From: Octopus bimaculoides
Taxonomy: Eukaryota
DNA: 48,770 nucleotides
NCBI RefSeq assembly: GCF_001194135.2
Contig: NC_068996.1
Location: 15,499,203-15,547,972, forward strand
Direction: 5' to 3'
Part shown: positions 11,961 through 24,236 of the stretch, piece by piece
How positions within the stretch are numbered: position 1 is the first letter of the stretch
Layout: each line of letters opens with the position of its first letter
Program-made: the position numbers and the translations under genes
The notes under the pieces: model-generated
The model's database searches: none
The model's input: the letters and a program-made list of their open reading frames with translations, nothing else
Told to the model about the DNA's origin: nothing

Positions 11961-12150
11961 CAAAATCGCTGTCGCGTCAGACAAAATGATTAGCGGCATT
12001 TTCCCCAGCGTTTTACATATTAGTTCAAATTCCACTGAGTCCGTCTTGGTTTTTCACTCAGTTGAGATCGATAACATAAAGTACCAGTCAAGTACTGGGG
12101 TCAATGTAATCGACTTCTCTCTTCCCATCAAAATCGCTATCCTTGAATCC
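11961..12150 (+). mobile_element. SINE family S4, diverged
   Basis: aaaatgattagcggcatt...agttcaaattccactgag...aagtaccagtcaagtactggggtcaatgtaatcgac matches 45218-45440. Confidence 0.7.
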
Positions 12151-12490
12151 TGCAACGGATCGGCATCCCGTTCTTGGAGATGCCGGTAACTGATCATGGT
12201 AATGTTTAGAATCCAAGTAACCAGCATTTTCAGTTCTAGGACTCGTGAGAAAAAAAATCCTGCAAAGTTATGTCTTTACTCCAGGCATAGTGCATCTAAG
12301 ACAGCATTTTCTAACGTGTCTTTTCTCTTTCTTAATGATTTGCAATGACTTAGCTGTTGCCTCCAGGAGTTTGAGAGACAGTATAGGTGTTCCCTCGTTG
12401 GAGGAAGGGTGTTATGAAGCAGGTTCACAGTTTAAAGTGCTATAGAAGTGCAAACGGAGAAGGTACATTTCTCCAAATTCATTTGCAATA

Positions 12491-12741
12491 GAGTGGAGAC
12501 GTTTAGCGGTTAAGGTGTTGGATTCCTGATCGTAAGATGGTGATTTCGATTCTTGGACCGGGCGATGCGTTGTGTTCTTGAACAAAACACTTCACTTCAC
12601 GTTGCTCTAGTCCACCCAGATAGCAAAAATGAGTAATTCTGTGACGGACTGGGGTTCAGTCCAGGTGGGGTATTTATACGTCACGAAACCGGGAAACCGG
12701 CCCTTATGAGACAGTATGACTCGAGAAGCTAACTTTACTTT
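12491..12741 (+). mobile_element. SINE family S3 (tRNA head plus CORE-like central domain)
   Basis: tttagcggttaagg (A box), gatttcgattc (B box), then tgtgttcttgaacaaaacacttcacttcacgttgctctagtccacccag, shared with 20698-21045. Confidence 0.7.
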
Positions 12742-12895
12742 ATCTTATTTTTATTTGCCATGCAAAACTTTACTTCATTACGAACTTTAGGTTGTCGTCT
12801 ATAATCTACATATTTTAATCGCAGATCTCTGCTAGACTTAGCTAGATCTAGCAGAGTTCTGATGTTCACTTGCCATTATTTGTTTCGGTGAGTAA

Positions 12896-13232
12896 TCGGT
12901 CCGACCAAAGGCTTGTGAATGGATTTGGTAGACGGAAACTGAAAGAAACCCGTCGTATATANNNNNNNNNNAAACTGAACGAAGCCCGTCGTATATATGT
13001 ATATATATGTGTGTTTGTTTGTCTGTGTTTGTCTCCTCAACATCGCTTCACAACCGATGCTGGTGTGTTTACGTCCCCGTAACTTAGTGGTTCGGCAAAA
13101 GACACCGATAGAATAAGTACTAGACTTACAAAGAATAAGTCCTGGGGTCGATTTGCTCGACTAAAGGCGGTGCTCCAGCATGGCCGCAGTCACATGACTG
13201 AAACAATTAAAAGAGTAAAAGAGTAAAAGAGT
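12896..13232 (+). mobile_element. SINE family S2, 5'-truncated, with internal microsatellite
   Basis: ccgaccaaaggcttgtgaatggatttggtagacggaaactgaaagaaacccgtcg...aagtcctggggtcgatttgctcgactaaaggcggtgctccagcatgg...(aaaagagt)n; homologous to 31077-31494. Confidence 0.9.
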
Positions 13233-13407
13233 ATATTTTATATATATATATTATATATACATATTATATATACTATATATTTAATATATATATATATATA
13301 GTTTTTATATATATATATATATAATATCTATATATATTATATATACTATATATACTATATATACAATATATATCATATATACTATATAAATATAATATAC
13401 ATAATGT

Positions 13408-13730
13408 AATGTTAATTCTCTATATGAAGTATTAACAGTAACTGCACGATAAAGTGTAGTATATTGCCACTTAAGTGTGGCTGACCCCTAGGGGTGGATG
13501 TTACTGTTGCTTTTAGCCCCAGGAGGACATCTCCTCCAGCTGGCTTATCGACACACGACTGTGTCCTGTTTGCCAAGGGAGTTATCCCTCTCACCTCGGC
13601 CAGCAGCACGAACGTATCCGGATTTCAGGGTTATTTCCCTTCGTCGGCGTTCGACAGCTGATGACCTTGGTGAGAGAGACAAATCTGGCAAACCTTATAT
13701 CTTCTTTTCCAGTGGCATTCTTCACTGATA
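13408..13730 (-). mobile_element. Hammerhead-bearing short repeat, family C, copy 1 (pLTR- or retrozyme-like)
   Basis: Homologous to 35479-35803; carries a hammerhead fold at 13609-13653 and several hairpins; ends at a gap. Confidence 0.75.
13609..13653 (-). ncRNA. Type I hammerhead ribozyme motif (CCGANGA variant), family C copy 1
   Basis: Minus strand CGAACG-CCGACGA-AGGG(aaauaa)CCCU-GAAA-UCCGGA-UA-CGUUCG: 6-bp stem I, 4-bp stem II, palindromic stem III, AUA cleavage triplet. Confidence 0.75.
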
Positions 13731-13867
13731 NNNNNNNNNNNNNNNNNNNNNNNNNNNNNNNNNNNNNNNNNNNNNNNNNNNNNNNNNNNNNNNNNNNNNN
13801 NNNNNNNNNNNNNNNNNNNNNNNNNNNNNNNNNNNNNNNNNNNNNNNNNNNNNNNNNNNTATATATA

Positions 13868-14070
13868 CCGGAGTAAGCACATGAAATGTGCAATAAGGTG
13901 GAAAAAAGAGTACTCAAATACCAGAGGTAGAGTAATATGTTTTATTTAAAAGCAGCAGAAATATAAGAAAAAAAACCGTTACTCTGAGTTTCACGTTCCC
14001 GTTCATCGGAACGGGAACGTGAAACTCAGAGTAACAGTTTTTTGTTATATTTCTGCTGCTTTTAATTAAA
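13868..14070 (-). mobile_element. Hammerhead-bearing repeat terminus, family B copy 1, with inverted partial copy
   Basis: Inverted arms 13941-14004 / 14009-14070 (loop atcg); homologous to 33132-33285; flanked by (TA)n on both sides. Confidence 0.75.
13976..14009 (-). ncRNA. Hammerhead core, family B copy 1 (native stem I lost at the inversion junction)
   Basis: Minus strand CCGAUGA-ACG(ggaa)CGU-GAAA-CUCAGAG-UA-ACGG; GUA triplet. Confidence 0.5.
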
Positions 14071-14107
<37 letters not shown>

Positions 14108-14829
14108 CACACACATATGCACACACATATAGGTTTGTTTGTTTGCTTGTTTGTTTGTGTATTTGTTGTGTATTTGCATACGTGTGTATGTGTGTGGATC
14201 TCTATTTGTGTATAATATGGAGTTATATTTTAAGTGTACAAATACAATATTACACATGCACATACATATACCTGCATGTAGACGAACATACAGACACACA
14301 CGCACGCACACACACACACACACACATACACACATACTCTCATGTACTCTCCCTTCTTTCTCACTTAAACACATACACACACACACATATCGTAATACAT
14401 AAGCACGCCTGCATCATATGTCACCGTTCCCTTTTCTTCCCCCGATCCATTTTGGAAAATATTAAAAAAAAAAAAAGAAAAATCAAAGAATTAACAAAGA
14501 AATGCATTGGAAAGAGTTTGGTGTGTGATAAAAATCCTAACTAGGCTATCAGCAGGTGTAACATCTGGAAATTGTAAAGATCTTCGGGGGTGGCCACTCA
14601 CTTGCATTATTTGAAAAATAGCTGCGAATTGTGTAAATATATTGATTCCAAAGATTTACCAACAATGCCGCTGGGGCTTACTTCACGTATCTCACTAACA
14701 CATAAACGTAATCTTGCTTATTTTCTTTTCTATTTTTTTTTTCGTTTTAAGAATCGCCAAACACGTAGTCAGAAACACGCGCGCATGGGCACAATTGTAC
14801 GTGTATGTACATTTACACTTTTGCACAAA

Positions 14830-15102
14830 CACACACACATGCATCATACACACACATACACACACACTCACACACATACGTGTATATATATATTCTGGAA
14901 TCCTTGAAATCTGGTAACTCTACACACACACATATATGTATGTGAGTGTGTAGGTATGTATGTATATATGTATGTATGTATATATGTATGTATGTATGTA
15001 TGTATATATGTATATAGTCTCCCTGTGTGTATGCACGATGGTGTGTATGTTTCTATCTGTATGCATGTATGTATGTATATAAGTATGTATATATATATAT
15101 AT
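14830..15102. repeat. Compound (AC)/(AT)/(ATGT) microsatellite region
   Basis: Seen directly. Confidence 0.85.
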
Positions 15103-15959
15103 NNNNNNNNNNNNNNNNNNNNNNNNNNNNNNNNNNNNNNNNNNNNNNNNNNNNNNNNNNNNNNNNNNNNNNNNNNNNNNNNNNNNNNNNNNNNNNNNNN
15201 NNNNNNNNNNNNNNNNNNNNNNNNNNNNNNNNNNNNNNNNNNNNNNNNNNNNNNNNNNNNNNNNNNNNNNNNNNNNNNNNNNNNNNNNNNNNNNNNNNNN
15301 NNNNNNNNNNNNNNNNNNNNNNNNNNNNNNNNNNNNNNNNNNNNNNNNNNNNNNNNNNNNNNNNNNNNNNNNNNNNNNNNNNNNNNNNNNNNNNNNNNNN
15401 NNNNNNNNNNNNNNNNNNNNNNNNNNNNNNNNNNNNNNNNNNNNNNNNNNNNNNNNNNNNNNNNNNNNNNNNNNNNNNNNNNNNNNNNNNNNNNNNNNNN
15501 NNNNNNNNNNNNNNNNNNNNNNNNNNNNNNNNNNNNNNNNNNNNNNNNNNNNNNNNNNNNNNNNNNNNNNNNNNNNNNNNNNNNNNNNNNNNNNNNNNNN
15601 NNNNNNNNNNNNNNNNNNNNNNNNNNNNNNNNNNNNNNNNNNNNNNNNNNNNNNNNNNNNNNNNNNNNNNNNNNNNNNNNNNNNNNNNNNNNNNNNNNNN
15701 NNNNNNNNNNNNNNNNNNNNGGGTGTGTATGTGTGTGTGTGTGTACATGTGTTAATTTATATGTGTATGCAAAAGGAGCCATATATGTATGCATTTTATA
15801 GATGGACTGTTAAACTTCTAATGTACATCTCTACCTAATATTCTGCTAACTAAACAATCCTTCTGTTTTGACGATTTATAGACGTAGAGAAAATATCATC
15901 ATAAACATTTGATCTGTATGTCAGTGGAGCGGACAGGGTGAGAGAAGAGACCCCCTGTG

Positions 15960-16215
15960 AATTATATATATATATATATATTTGCATCTATATATGTGTG
16001 TGTGTGTGTGTATGCACACACGCACACACACATATATATATATAGACATACAATACATGCATATATATGTGTGTGTATACATAGACACACATATTTATAT
16101 ATATACATGAATATATGTAATATGTAACATATATACATACACACACACACACATATATATGTAAAAAGACAGACAAATTAGACAGATAGATAGGTAGACA
16201 GAAAGACAGACAGAC

Positions 16216-16260
<45 letters not shown>
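15960..16260. repeat. Compound (AT)/(GT)/(AC)/(AGAC)/(AGAT) microsatellite region
   Basis: Seen directly. Confidence 0.9.
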
Positions 16261-16261
<1 letters not shown>

Positions 16262-16737
16262 GAAGAGGGATACAGATATGGATAGATATATTCTGACTGT
16301 TAGTGCTTTCTCCAAATAGAGAACCCAATACATTGTAATGTTTAGTTTCAAGTTTATACAGTACTTAAGAAAAAAACATATTCATTACGTTTCGTACTGA
16401 ATCCAAGTTCTCAGTAAGGTCAAACACATAATTCCATTGTTAACTTAAACACAAACCCACAGGTTTATAAAAGGAATAAATAGTGATTGAATTCTTACGG
16501 AATTTTTCTAAAATGCAAGTTATGAAAATCGCAATAAAGAGTCACCGACGGTGGCCTATGTGCCGTCGCTCGAAAGAGTATAAAGCGTGACCGAACATCT
16601 GTGTAATTACACTTAACAGTCTTAGAGGAGAACATACTGGGAACTGTGTTTTGGGGTGCCTTGTAACGTAGAAATCGAAGGGATGATGTGTCAATCATGA
16701 TAGGTATGTTTGGGCAGGGTGGACCAAAGGCTACACG

Positions 16738-17153
16738 AGAAGAAGAAGAAGAAGAAGAAGAAGAAGAAGAAGAAGAAGAAGAAGAAGAAGAAGAAGAAGA
16801 AGAAGAAGCAGGAGGAAGAGGAGGAAGAGGAGAAGAAGAAGAAGAAGAAGCAGGAGGAAGGGGAGGAAGAAGAAGAAGAAGAAGAAGAAGAAGAAGAAGA
16901 AGAAGAAGAAGAAGNNNNNNNNNNNNNNNNNNNNNNNNNNNNNNNNNNNNNNNNNNNNNNNNNNNNNNNNNNNNNNNNNNNNNNNNNNNNNNNNNNNNNN
17001 NNNNNNNNNNNNNNNNNNNNNNNNNNNNNNNNNNNNNNNNNNNNNNNNNNNNNNNNNNAGAAGAAGAAGAAGAAGAAGAAGAAGAAGAAGAAGAAGAAGA
17101 AGAAGAAGAAGAAGAACAACAACAACAACAGCAACAACAACAACAACAACAAC
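16738..17153. repeat. (GAA)n/(GGA)n homopurine tract followed by (CAA)n
   Basis: Seen directly; spans a gap. Confidence 0.95.
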
Positions 17154-17903
17154 CTGCTGCTGGAACCTTGATAAGATGCTATGCTTTTGAACCGAATCTG
17201 AATCCACGTGATTCAGAGATTTTTTTTTTTTCTTTTTTTTTGCTGACGGTAAAAGACATCATCCAAGATATTATTGAAGAAACAATACGACAAGTACAAG
17301 GAGGGGAAAAAAAAAAGAAAGGTGACTTATAGGGTCATTACATTAAAATTTTAAAATAAGTAAAACTACAGCAAGAAGCAAAGTATCGAGACCTCATTAG
17401 TCATTAGTCAGGACGGTTGATCCGAATATTGGAAAAGACTGGACTCAATAGCTTTGTGTGGATCAGAGGCTACAAAGATAGCCACCTGTCCTCAGTACAG
17501 AGCAATGACAACCTAACATTAGAAGGCTATCTATCTTACCTATCTGTCTGTCTGTTTGTCTACCTGCCTACCTATCCATCCGTCTGTCTGTCTTTCCATC
17601 CATCTGTCTTTACCATTTGCGTACCATCTCCATTTGCAACGCTAGTTTACGCGAAAATTCTAAAAGGAAAATTACGTAATATTTACGGTTTTAGGCATCG
17701 GAGAGGCTCTTCCTCAGACTGGCATCAAAGGCGTGCTATTACATTGTGCGTCTATCAGACCTTGTTGTATCTATCTATGTATCTATCTATCTATTTCAAT
17801 TTTGTATATCTCTCCACCCTGTCGCCTTCTGTACGTCTGCCTCATCCTCTGTCTGTGCTTGTGCATGTGTATGCGTGTAGTAATGAATTTATACATAGAA
17901 TTG

Positions 17904-17908
<5 letters not shown>

Positions 17909-17972
<64 letters not shown>
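17909..17972. repeat. (AC)n microsatellite
   Basis: Seen directly. Confidence 0.95.
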
Positions 17973-17974
<2 letters not shown>

Positions 17975-19168
17975 GAACGCACATGCACATATGCGCACAT
18001 ACATAAAACACATTTCTTTACGTCCATGTTCTTTTTCTTTATAAACAACAATATAAGTATGCTGAATGAAATATTTTTTACAAGTTCTGTATAGAACCTC
18101 ATATTTCAAGATCCATTCTGTGCTTCAAGAAACTTCATGAAACGATTTAGGCGACAGAAAATTATTCGATGCCATGTTATCACTACTATAATCCTAATAT
18201 TTACTCAGCGGTGAACAGGATCAATTTTTTACTAAGAGGTACTTACCTTGCTTTTTCCTTGAATATTTCCAAACCAGGCTATCTAAAAAAAAAAGCAAAA
18301 AAATTACAACTTTGGCATCAGTAATAATGTTTATTTACAGCACCTTTTCCCACGCATACGTACACGCACACACAGACACATACACACACTTATATGTATG
18401 ATCGATAACAGAATCTTTGTTGAAGTCACGGATTTATTCGCAAAGAATAACGCCTTCTTAATGAAGGCCAGCGTTCGTTCTTTCACTTATCTAAGCTTTG
18501 TGCCCACCTGGAAAAGACAACCGGAAACTAATCTGCTGCATCCCTACATTTTTTTTTTTGAGACATTATCACATGATTTATAACTAGCTTCGACCGGAAA
18601 CGGATATATTTTCGTTAAAAGTTTATAAGCCTTTGGGAATTGTGTGGCTAGCGCATAGGCAGAGGTTTTCCAGACAAGCTACTATATACAACCGCAAATC
18701 ATTCGTTACCATCTGGGATATATATTCTCTCGCAGAGAGAAAGGCGTTCATGTTTCTCTTCATTAATGAAATTTTACACGGCAGTTGATCGTTTTTGATG
18801 GGGTACAAATATAATCTCGCGAATATTTACTATGGAAACTGTGCGTCCATGTTAAGCGTATACATCGTTCGTGTCTCTATTGAATAACGCTCACAAACAC
18901 ACATACACAAAAAATATGTGTATATATATATACACACACAGACACACATATATGTATATTGCAATATAAAATATACAATATATATACACATCTGCACATA
19001 TATAAACATTTGCAAAGAAATACAAGGACTAATGTTTGTAAATCTTTAAATATTTATTTACAAGTTCAGGCTTATAAGAATAAGCAAATGAGTGAATATG
19101 TAATTACTTACACACGCGCGCACTCACACAGATGTGTGTATATGTATGCTCATATATGTATATATATA

Positions 19169-19212
<44 letters not shown>

Positions 19213-20160
19213 ATTATATATATATGCATATTTATGTATGTATATATGTGCATGTATATATATATATATATATATATATATGCCCGTGTACGCGTTTGTA
19301 TATATGATTAGATGTATACTTTCAAAAATCTGAGTATGCGTGTATATTAAGATATATATCTACNNNNNNNNNNNNNNNNNNNNNNNNNNNNNNNNNNNNN
19401 NNNNNNNNNNNNNNNNNNNNNNNNNNNNNNNNNNNNNNNNNNNNNNNNNNNNNNNNNNNNNNNNNNNNNNNNNNNNNNNNNNNNNNNNNNNNNNNNNNNN
19501 NNNNNNNNNNNNNNNNNNNNNNNNNNNNNNNNNNNNNNNNNNNNNNNNNNNNNNNNNNNNNNNNNNNNNNNNNNNNNNNNNNNNNNNNNNNNNNNNNNNN
19601 NNNNNNNNNNNNNNNNNNNNNNNNNNNNNNNNNNNNNNNNNNNNNNNNNNNNNNNNNNNNNNNNNNNNNNNNNNNNNNNNNNNNNNNNNNNNNNNNNNNN
19701 NNNNNNNNNNNNNNNNNNNNNNNNNNNNNNNNNNNNNNNNNNNNNNNNNTATATATATATATATATATATATATAGATAGATAGATAGATAGACTCCACG
19801 GAGGAGAGAGAGAGAGTGAAGTAGATTTTGTGAACGGAGATCGAATAACATAGGAAGTCGGATAAATATTAGTTTCGTTTTTAATATATTTTTGTTCTTC
19901 GTCTAAAATCTAAAACATACTTCGCTGAGGAATCCTGATCCCAAGGAAAATTAAATTGCTTTTTCTGCTGCTGATAAGCTCTTTCTTGTTACATATCCCG
20001 CATTTTTCTTTTCTTCTTTTTACCCTTTTTTTTTCTCGTCCCCTTTTTTTTATAACTGATATTTAGTTTTATTCACAAACAGAATTGGTTCTTCATGAAA
20101 CCATAGTGGTATTTTCGTCTTTATATTTCTATATTTACAATGAGTTTTTATAGTTTCTTT

Positions 20161-20290
20161 CAGGCGTAGGTATGGTTGCTTGAATAAGAATCTCGCATTT
20201 CAAACTACGTGGTTCCCAGTTCAATCCCTCTTCATTGCATCTTGGGAAACAACTGTCTTCTACTACAGCTCCGGGCTGACCAGTTCTGTG
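20161..20290 (+). mobile_element. Diverged SINE family S2, 5' part
   Basis: caggcgtaggtatggttgcttgaataagaa...ggttcccagttcaatccc...tgtcttctactacagctccgggctgacc resembles 31077-31200. Confidence 0.6.
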
Positions 20291-20574
20291 TGAACATTAT
20301 TACATTTTTTCTTTCCATCGCTTTATAGAAAGGTCATTTTGAATTTTTCTGAAGAATCTCTTTCATATTGAAAATGGAGCAAATGTCACTGAGAATTTGA
20401 AATAGTTGCAATTAAATTGGAGATAATAAATTTACTTGGAATTTAGACTTAGGGCTATTACGAACCCCAGAAATCCCGTCTTCTAAGTCTGAGATTACAA
20501 CATTCTCACATGAACGGAATAATAGTCCTTTTCATGATTTATTTCTAAGCTGTTACTGGGCTGAGCAAGGAGTG

Positions 20575-20688
20575 GACTGAAATAACATGAAATGAAGTGT
20601 TTTGCTCAAGAATACGACACATCTCTTGGTCTGAGAATCGAAACTATGATCTTATGATTTGTGAGTGCAACCCCCTAACCACTATCCC
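20575..20688 (-). mobile_element. SINE family S3, 5' fragment
   Basis: Reverse complement tagtggttaggggg...gtttcgattctcagacc...tattcttgagcaaaacacttcatttcatgtt. Confidence 0.7.
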
Positions 20689-20697
20689 ACTAATCTA

Positions 20698-21045
20698 GTG
20701 AAGGTGCATGACTCAGTGGTTAGAGTGTCGGGCTCACGATCATGAGGTAGTGAGTTCGATTCCCGGACTGGGCTGCGTGTTATATTCAGCAGCGAGACAC
20801 TTTATTTCACGTTACTCCAGTTCACTCAGCTGTAGAATTGAGTTGCGGCGTCACTGATGCCAAGTTGTTTCGGGGTTTGCCTTTCCTTTGGATAACATCA
20901 GTAGCATGGAGAAAGGAGGATCATCTGTATGGGCGACTGCTGGTCTTCCATAAACAACCTTGCCTGGGTTTGTGCTTCGGAATGGAAATTTCTAGGGGAA
21001 ATTCCATGGTCATTCATGACCGAGGGGGTTCTCTACGCTTTGTAC
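20698..21045 (+). mobile_element. SINE family S3, near full length
   Basis: catgactcagtggttagagtgtcgggctcacgatcatgaggtagtgagttcgattcccgg (tRNA-like A/B boxes), a CORE-like gagacactttatttcacgttactccagttcactcagctgtag segment, then a 3' body. Confidence 0.85.
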
Positions 21046-22679
21046 CCCATCTCACTAGTCCGTTATTCACAAAGTATCTGAAAAAGTGAAAAAAAAAAGG
21101 CAGCGGGTATGGGGAGGCAGTATTAAACAAGGAAAACAGAACGTAAGAAGTTATTTTGTCAAATAGCTCTCTTTTTTTGTAAAGTTAATGTTTGAAACAG
21201 CCTTGAAACATAACGTGGAAGTAGTTATTCTAAGTTCGCTCAGTATGCAGACAGAGAGAAGCAGATATATAATTATCTAGAATGACACTGAGGAAATGGT
21301 ATTATATGGAAGCATACTGGTGAATAAGATGATTTTAAAACCAGAGGAAACTGAAGATTATTTCATAAATTTTTTCGGGCATTTAGGGAAAGATATGCAA
21401 AAGTTAATGGAAAATCGTTTCAGCGTTGACCAGAAAGAAAACTCACTGCTTGGAAGAAAAGAGATTTAACAGATGCCAGTCAGATATAAAAGATGTTTCC
21501 TTGCCTCTTCTATTCTTAACATTATTCTTTACATTTATTTATTTATCTATTTATTTATGTGTTTATTTAATTTTGCATCGGTAGCGTCGAAATTTGCCAG
21601 ACTATATGGTTTTACAGAAGGTTAGATGGAGAAGCCATGAGGAGAAAGGGGTATTTCTCTGGACCCTGTAAAAGATTATTTTTCCGGATGATCGCAAGTG
21701 GCATAAATGGGTGTGAACTATTTCCACTGGAAGGACCGTAGAGAGCAATTTCTGTGACAGGGACAAAAGAGTGTTACCCTTTTCCGAACGGGTTTAGTAA
21801 TTAGTGATGCAGAGATAGTGAACCAAATAAACACAAATAATAAATAGATAAATAAATAAATAAACCTGGGCCAGTTAAAATGCATGAAGCAATGGCATAA
21901 CTCCAATCCTTCTTCATCGGGGGAGAACGTGAGAATTGCTTGGATGATTACGATGGTACAATTGGATGATTTCAAGAGGGAAAGGCAAGTAGCGAATGAT
22001 CCAATCGGAAGACGTGACGGATTGCTGATACTGGAATGACACAGGGAGTGGAGACAGGCTTTAACAATGTAATCCAAAAATGTCATAGGCGGGAGGATGG
22101 TTTTGAGTGTTAAATATATCCTGTTGAGAGAAAGGAAAGGAAAAACAAAGAAAGGAAGGAAGGAAGGAAAGAAAGAAGGAAGGACAAGGCTGTAACAAAG
22201 AAAAGAATGTTTATTAATAACAGCGAACGATTTAGCTTTCCTCCTTCTCAGCTGAATTTGAATTTGAACAGTAAACCATAAGGCGTTTCAATGGCAGCGA
22301 GTCGTTCCTGGTAAGAGGATGACCCATAATGAAAAAAGCGCTCAGGGGATTTTAACATAGTGAAGAAAGAATGAGAGAGAGAGAGAGGAGATTAAGGGGG
22401 AGAGAAGAGGAGAGAGGGGGAGAGAGAGAGAGAGCTAACGTTAAAAAAGTAANNNNNNNNNNNNNNNNNNNNNNNNNNNNNNNNNNNNNNNNNNNNNNNN
22501 NNNNNNNNNNNNNNNNNNNNNNNNNNNNNNNNNNNNNNNNNNNNNNNNNNNNNNNNNNNNNNNNNNNNNNNNNNNNNNNNNNNNNNNNNNNNNNNNNNNN
22601 NNNNNNNNNNNNNNNNNNNNNNNNNNNNAAAACTAAAAATTGAATTGCTAAAGAAAGAAAACAGAAATCGATTTCTTCT

Positions 22680-22747
22680 ACTTCTTTCTCTTTTTTCTTC
22701 TTCCTCTTCCTCTTCTTTTTCTTCTTCTTCCTCCTCCTGCTCCTCCC

Positions 22748-22808
<61 letters not shown>
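22680..22808. repeat. (TTC/CTC)n followed by (ATC)n array
   Basis: Seen directly. Confidence 0.9.
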
Positions 22809-22810
22809 TT

Positions 22811-22960
22811 ATGCTTAGAGGCATCACGTTCCGAGTTCAAATTCCGCCGAGGTTGACTTTGCATTTCATCCTTTCGGGCTCGATAAATTAAGTGCCAATT
22901 GAGCACTGGAATCGATGTATCCACCCTGGAATTGCTGGCCTTGTACCAAAATTCTAAATT
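22811..22960 (+). mobile_element. SINE family S4, 5'-truncated
   Basis: cgttccgagttcaaattccgccgaggttgactttgcatttcatcctttcgggctcgataaattaagtgcc matches 24650-24720. Confidence 0.85.
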
Positions 22961-22988
22961 ATCATCATCATCATCATCATCATCATCA

Positions 22989-23032
<44 letters not shown>

Positions 23033-23046
23033 GTTGTTGTTGTTGC
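22960..23046. repeat. (ATC)n-(GTC)n-(GTT)n array (SINE tail expansion)
   Basis: Seen directly. Confidence 0.9.
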
Positions 23047-23680
23047 TAGTGTTGGTCGTAGATTATTTTTCCTCTCAAAAGTTTGTGAAATTAATTTGTT
23101 TATTGTTGAAAATATTTTTGTTGAAATGTTACATAAGATCATCAACTTCACTCGGTGCAGAGAGACTGCCGAAAAACGGCAGGAACAACAACAACAGCAG
23201 CAGCAGCAGCAAAACATTAACAACAACAACACGAGCGACAACTACAGCAGTGGTATGAATAACAACAAAAATATATTAGGCGACGGAATAAGTAGTGGAG
23301 CTAACACCTCGGGCAAACAGTCGCTTACTGAGATGGAGGCAAAACCAAATGAATACCTCACGATCTCTCCAGACAAGACGAAAAGTACGTGACACGGGTG
23401 GGAGTTCTTGTTAAGGTAAATGAGAGCAATGTACACATCGCTATCTCACACAATTTTGGGACAGAAACTGCACGGAAGACGGTACTGTACAGCCCTCTGT
23501 TGACTAAAATCAGATGCCTGGAAATAGCGACTAATGCACTCAGAATGCATGAACCTTGTAAGAAATATAGGCAGATGTCACCAGACATGTCCTCTTCAAG
23601 AGGGAAACCCTTGCACTGAAGCACTCCGTAACCTGTAACAGAGAGTTCTCCGTCAACCTAACTGTTTAAGGAGAAATATT

Positions 23681-24236
23681 GGATCTTTTTTTAAAACGGG
23701 GGCCACATTTTTCATTAATGTTTTACGTAGTGCTTTTGGTACCGAAAGACTTTCAAACTTCGTATACTTATCTATTTTGTGTTATAGAACAGAAAAATAT
23801 TTTTGTATTCGAATTTATTTCATGTAAAAAATTGTCTTATTTCGATAATTTCAACCAATCACTGACGTCCATTCAGCCGATATACATTAAGTGCCGACTA
23901 CATAAACAAACGATTCTTCGTTTTATTTGCTTTTTTCATTTTAAATTTGCTTTAACCCTAACTCTAACCCTAGGGTTAGGGTTAGGGTTAGGGTTAATTG
24001 TTTCAGAATCGTTTGTTTATGTAGTCGGCACTTAATGTATATCGGCTGAATGGACGTCAGTGATTGGTTGAAATTACAGAAATACGACAACTTCAACATG
24101 GAATAATTTATGGATTTCTTTTTTTTTTAAGAAGACTAAGAGAAAAAGATGTTTTATATGACACATTCTACCAGTGATCCAAGTTTCAAAGTGTTTCGTT
24201 AATGAAAAATGTGGCCCCCGTTTTAAAAAAGATCCG
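23681..24236. mobile_element. Non-autonomous TIR element with nested inverted repeats and central inverted telomeric repeats
   Basis: Outer TIR 23681-23718 / 24199-24235; inner IR 23832-23917 / 24005-24090; centre (TAACCC)3-(TAGGGT)4 at 23952-23997; direct repeat aaatatt at 23674-23680 and 24237-24243. Confidence 0.8.

Noticed and set aside
16620-16703. Exon-like segment ending in AG|GTATGT
   Set aside because: Stop codons in all three frames.
23358-23632. Minus-strand frame GSCILSALVAISRHLILVNRGLYSTVF, resembling GPCR TM3 (NRY-type), behind a good tgttacag acceptor
   Set aside because: It lacks Cys3.25 at the correct spacing and the TM4 Trp, stops soon after, and no other GPCR exons are visible. 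Treated as coincidence unless an HMM search hits.
23952-23997. Telomere-telomere fusion scar
   Set aside because: The order is CCCTAA then TTAGGG, opposite to a fusion, and the repeats sit at the centre of a TIR element.
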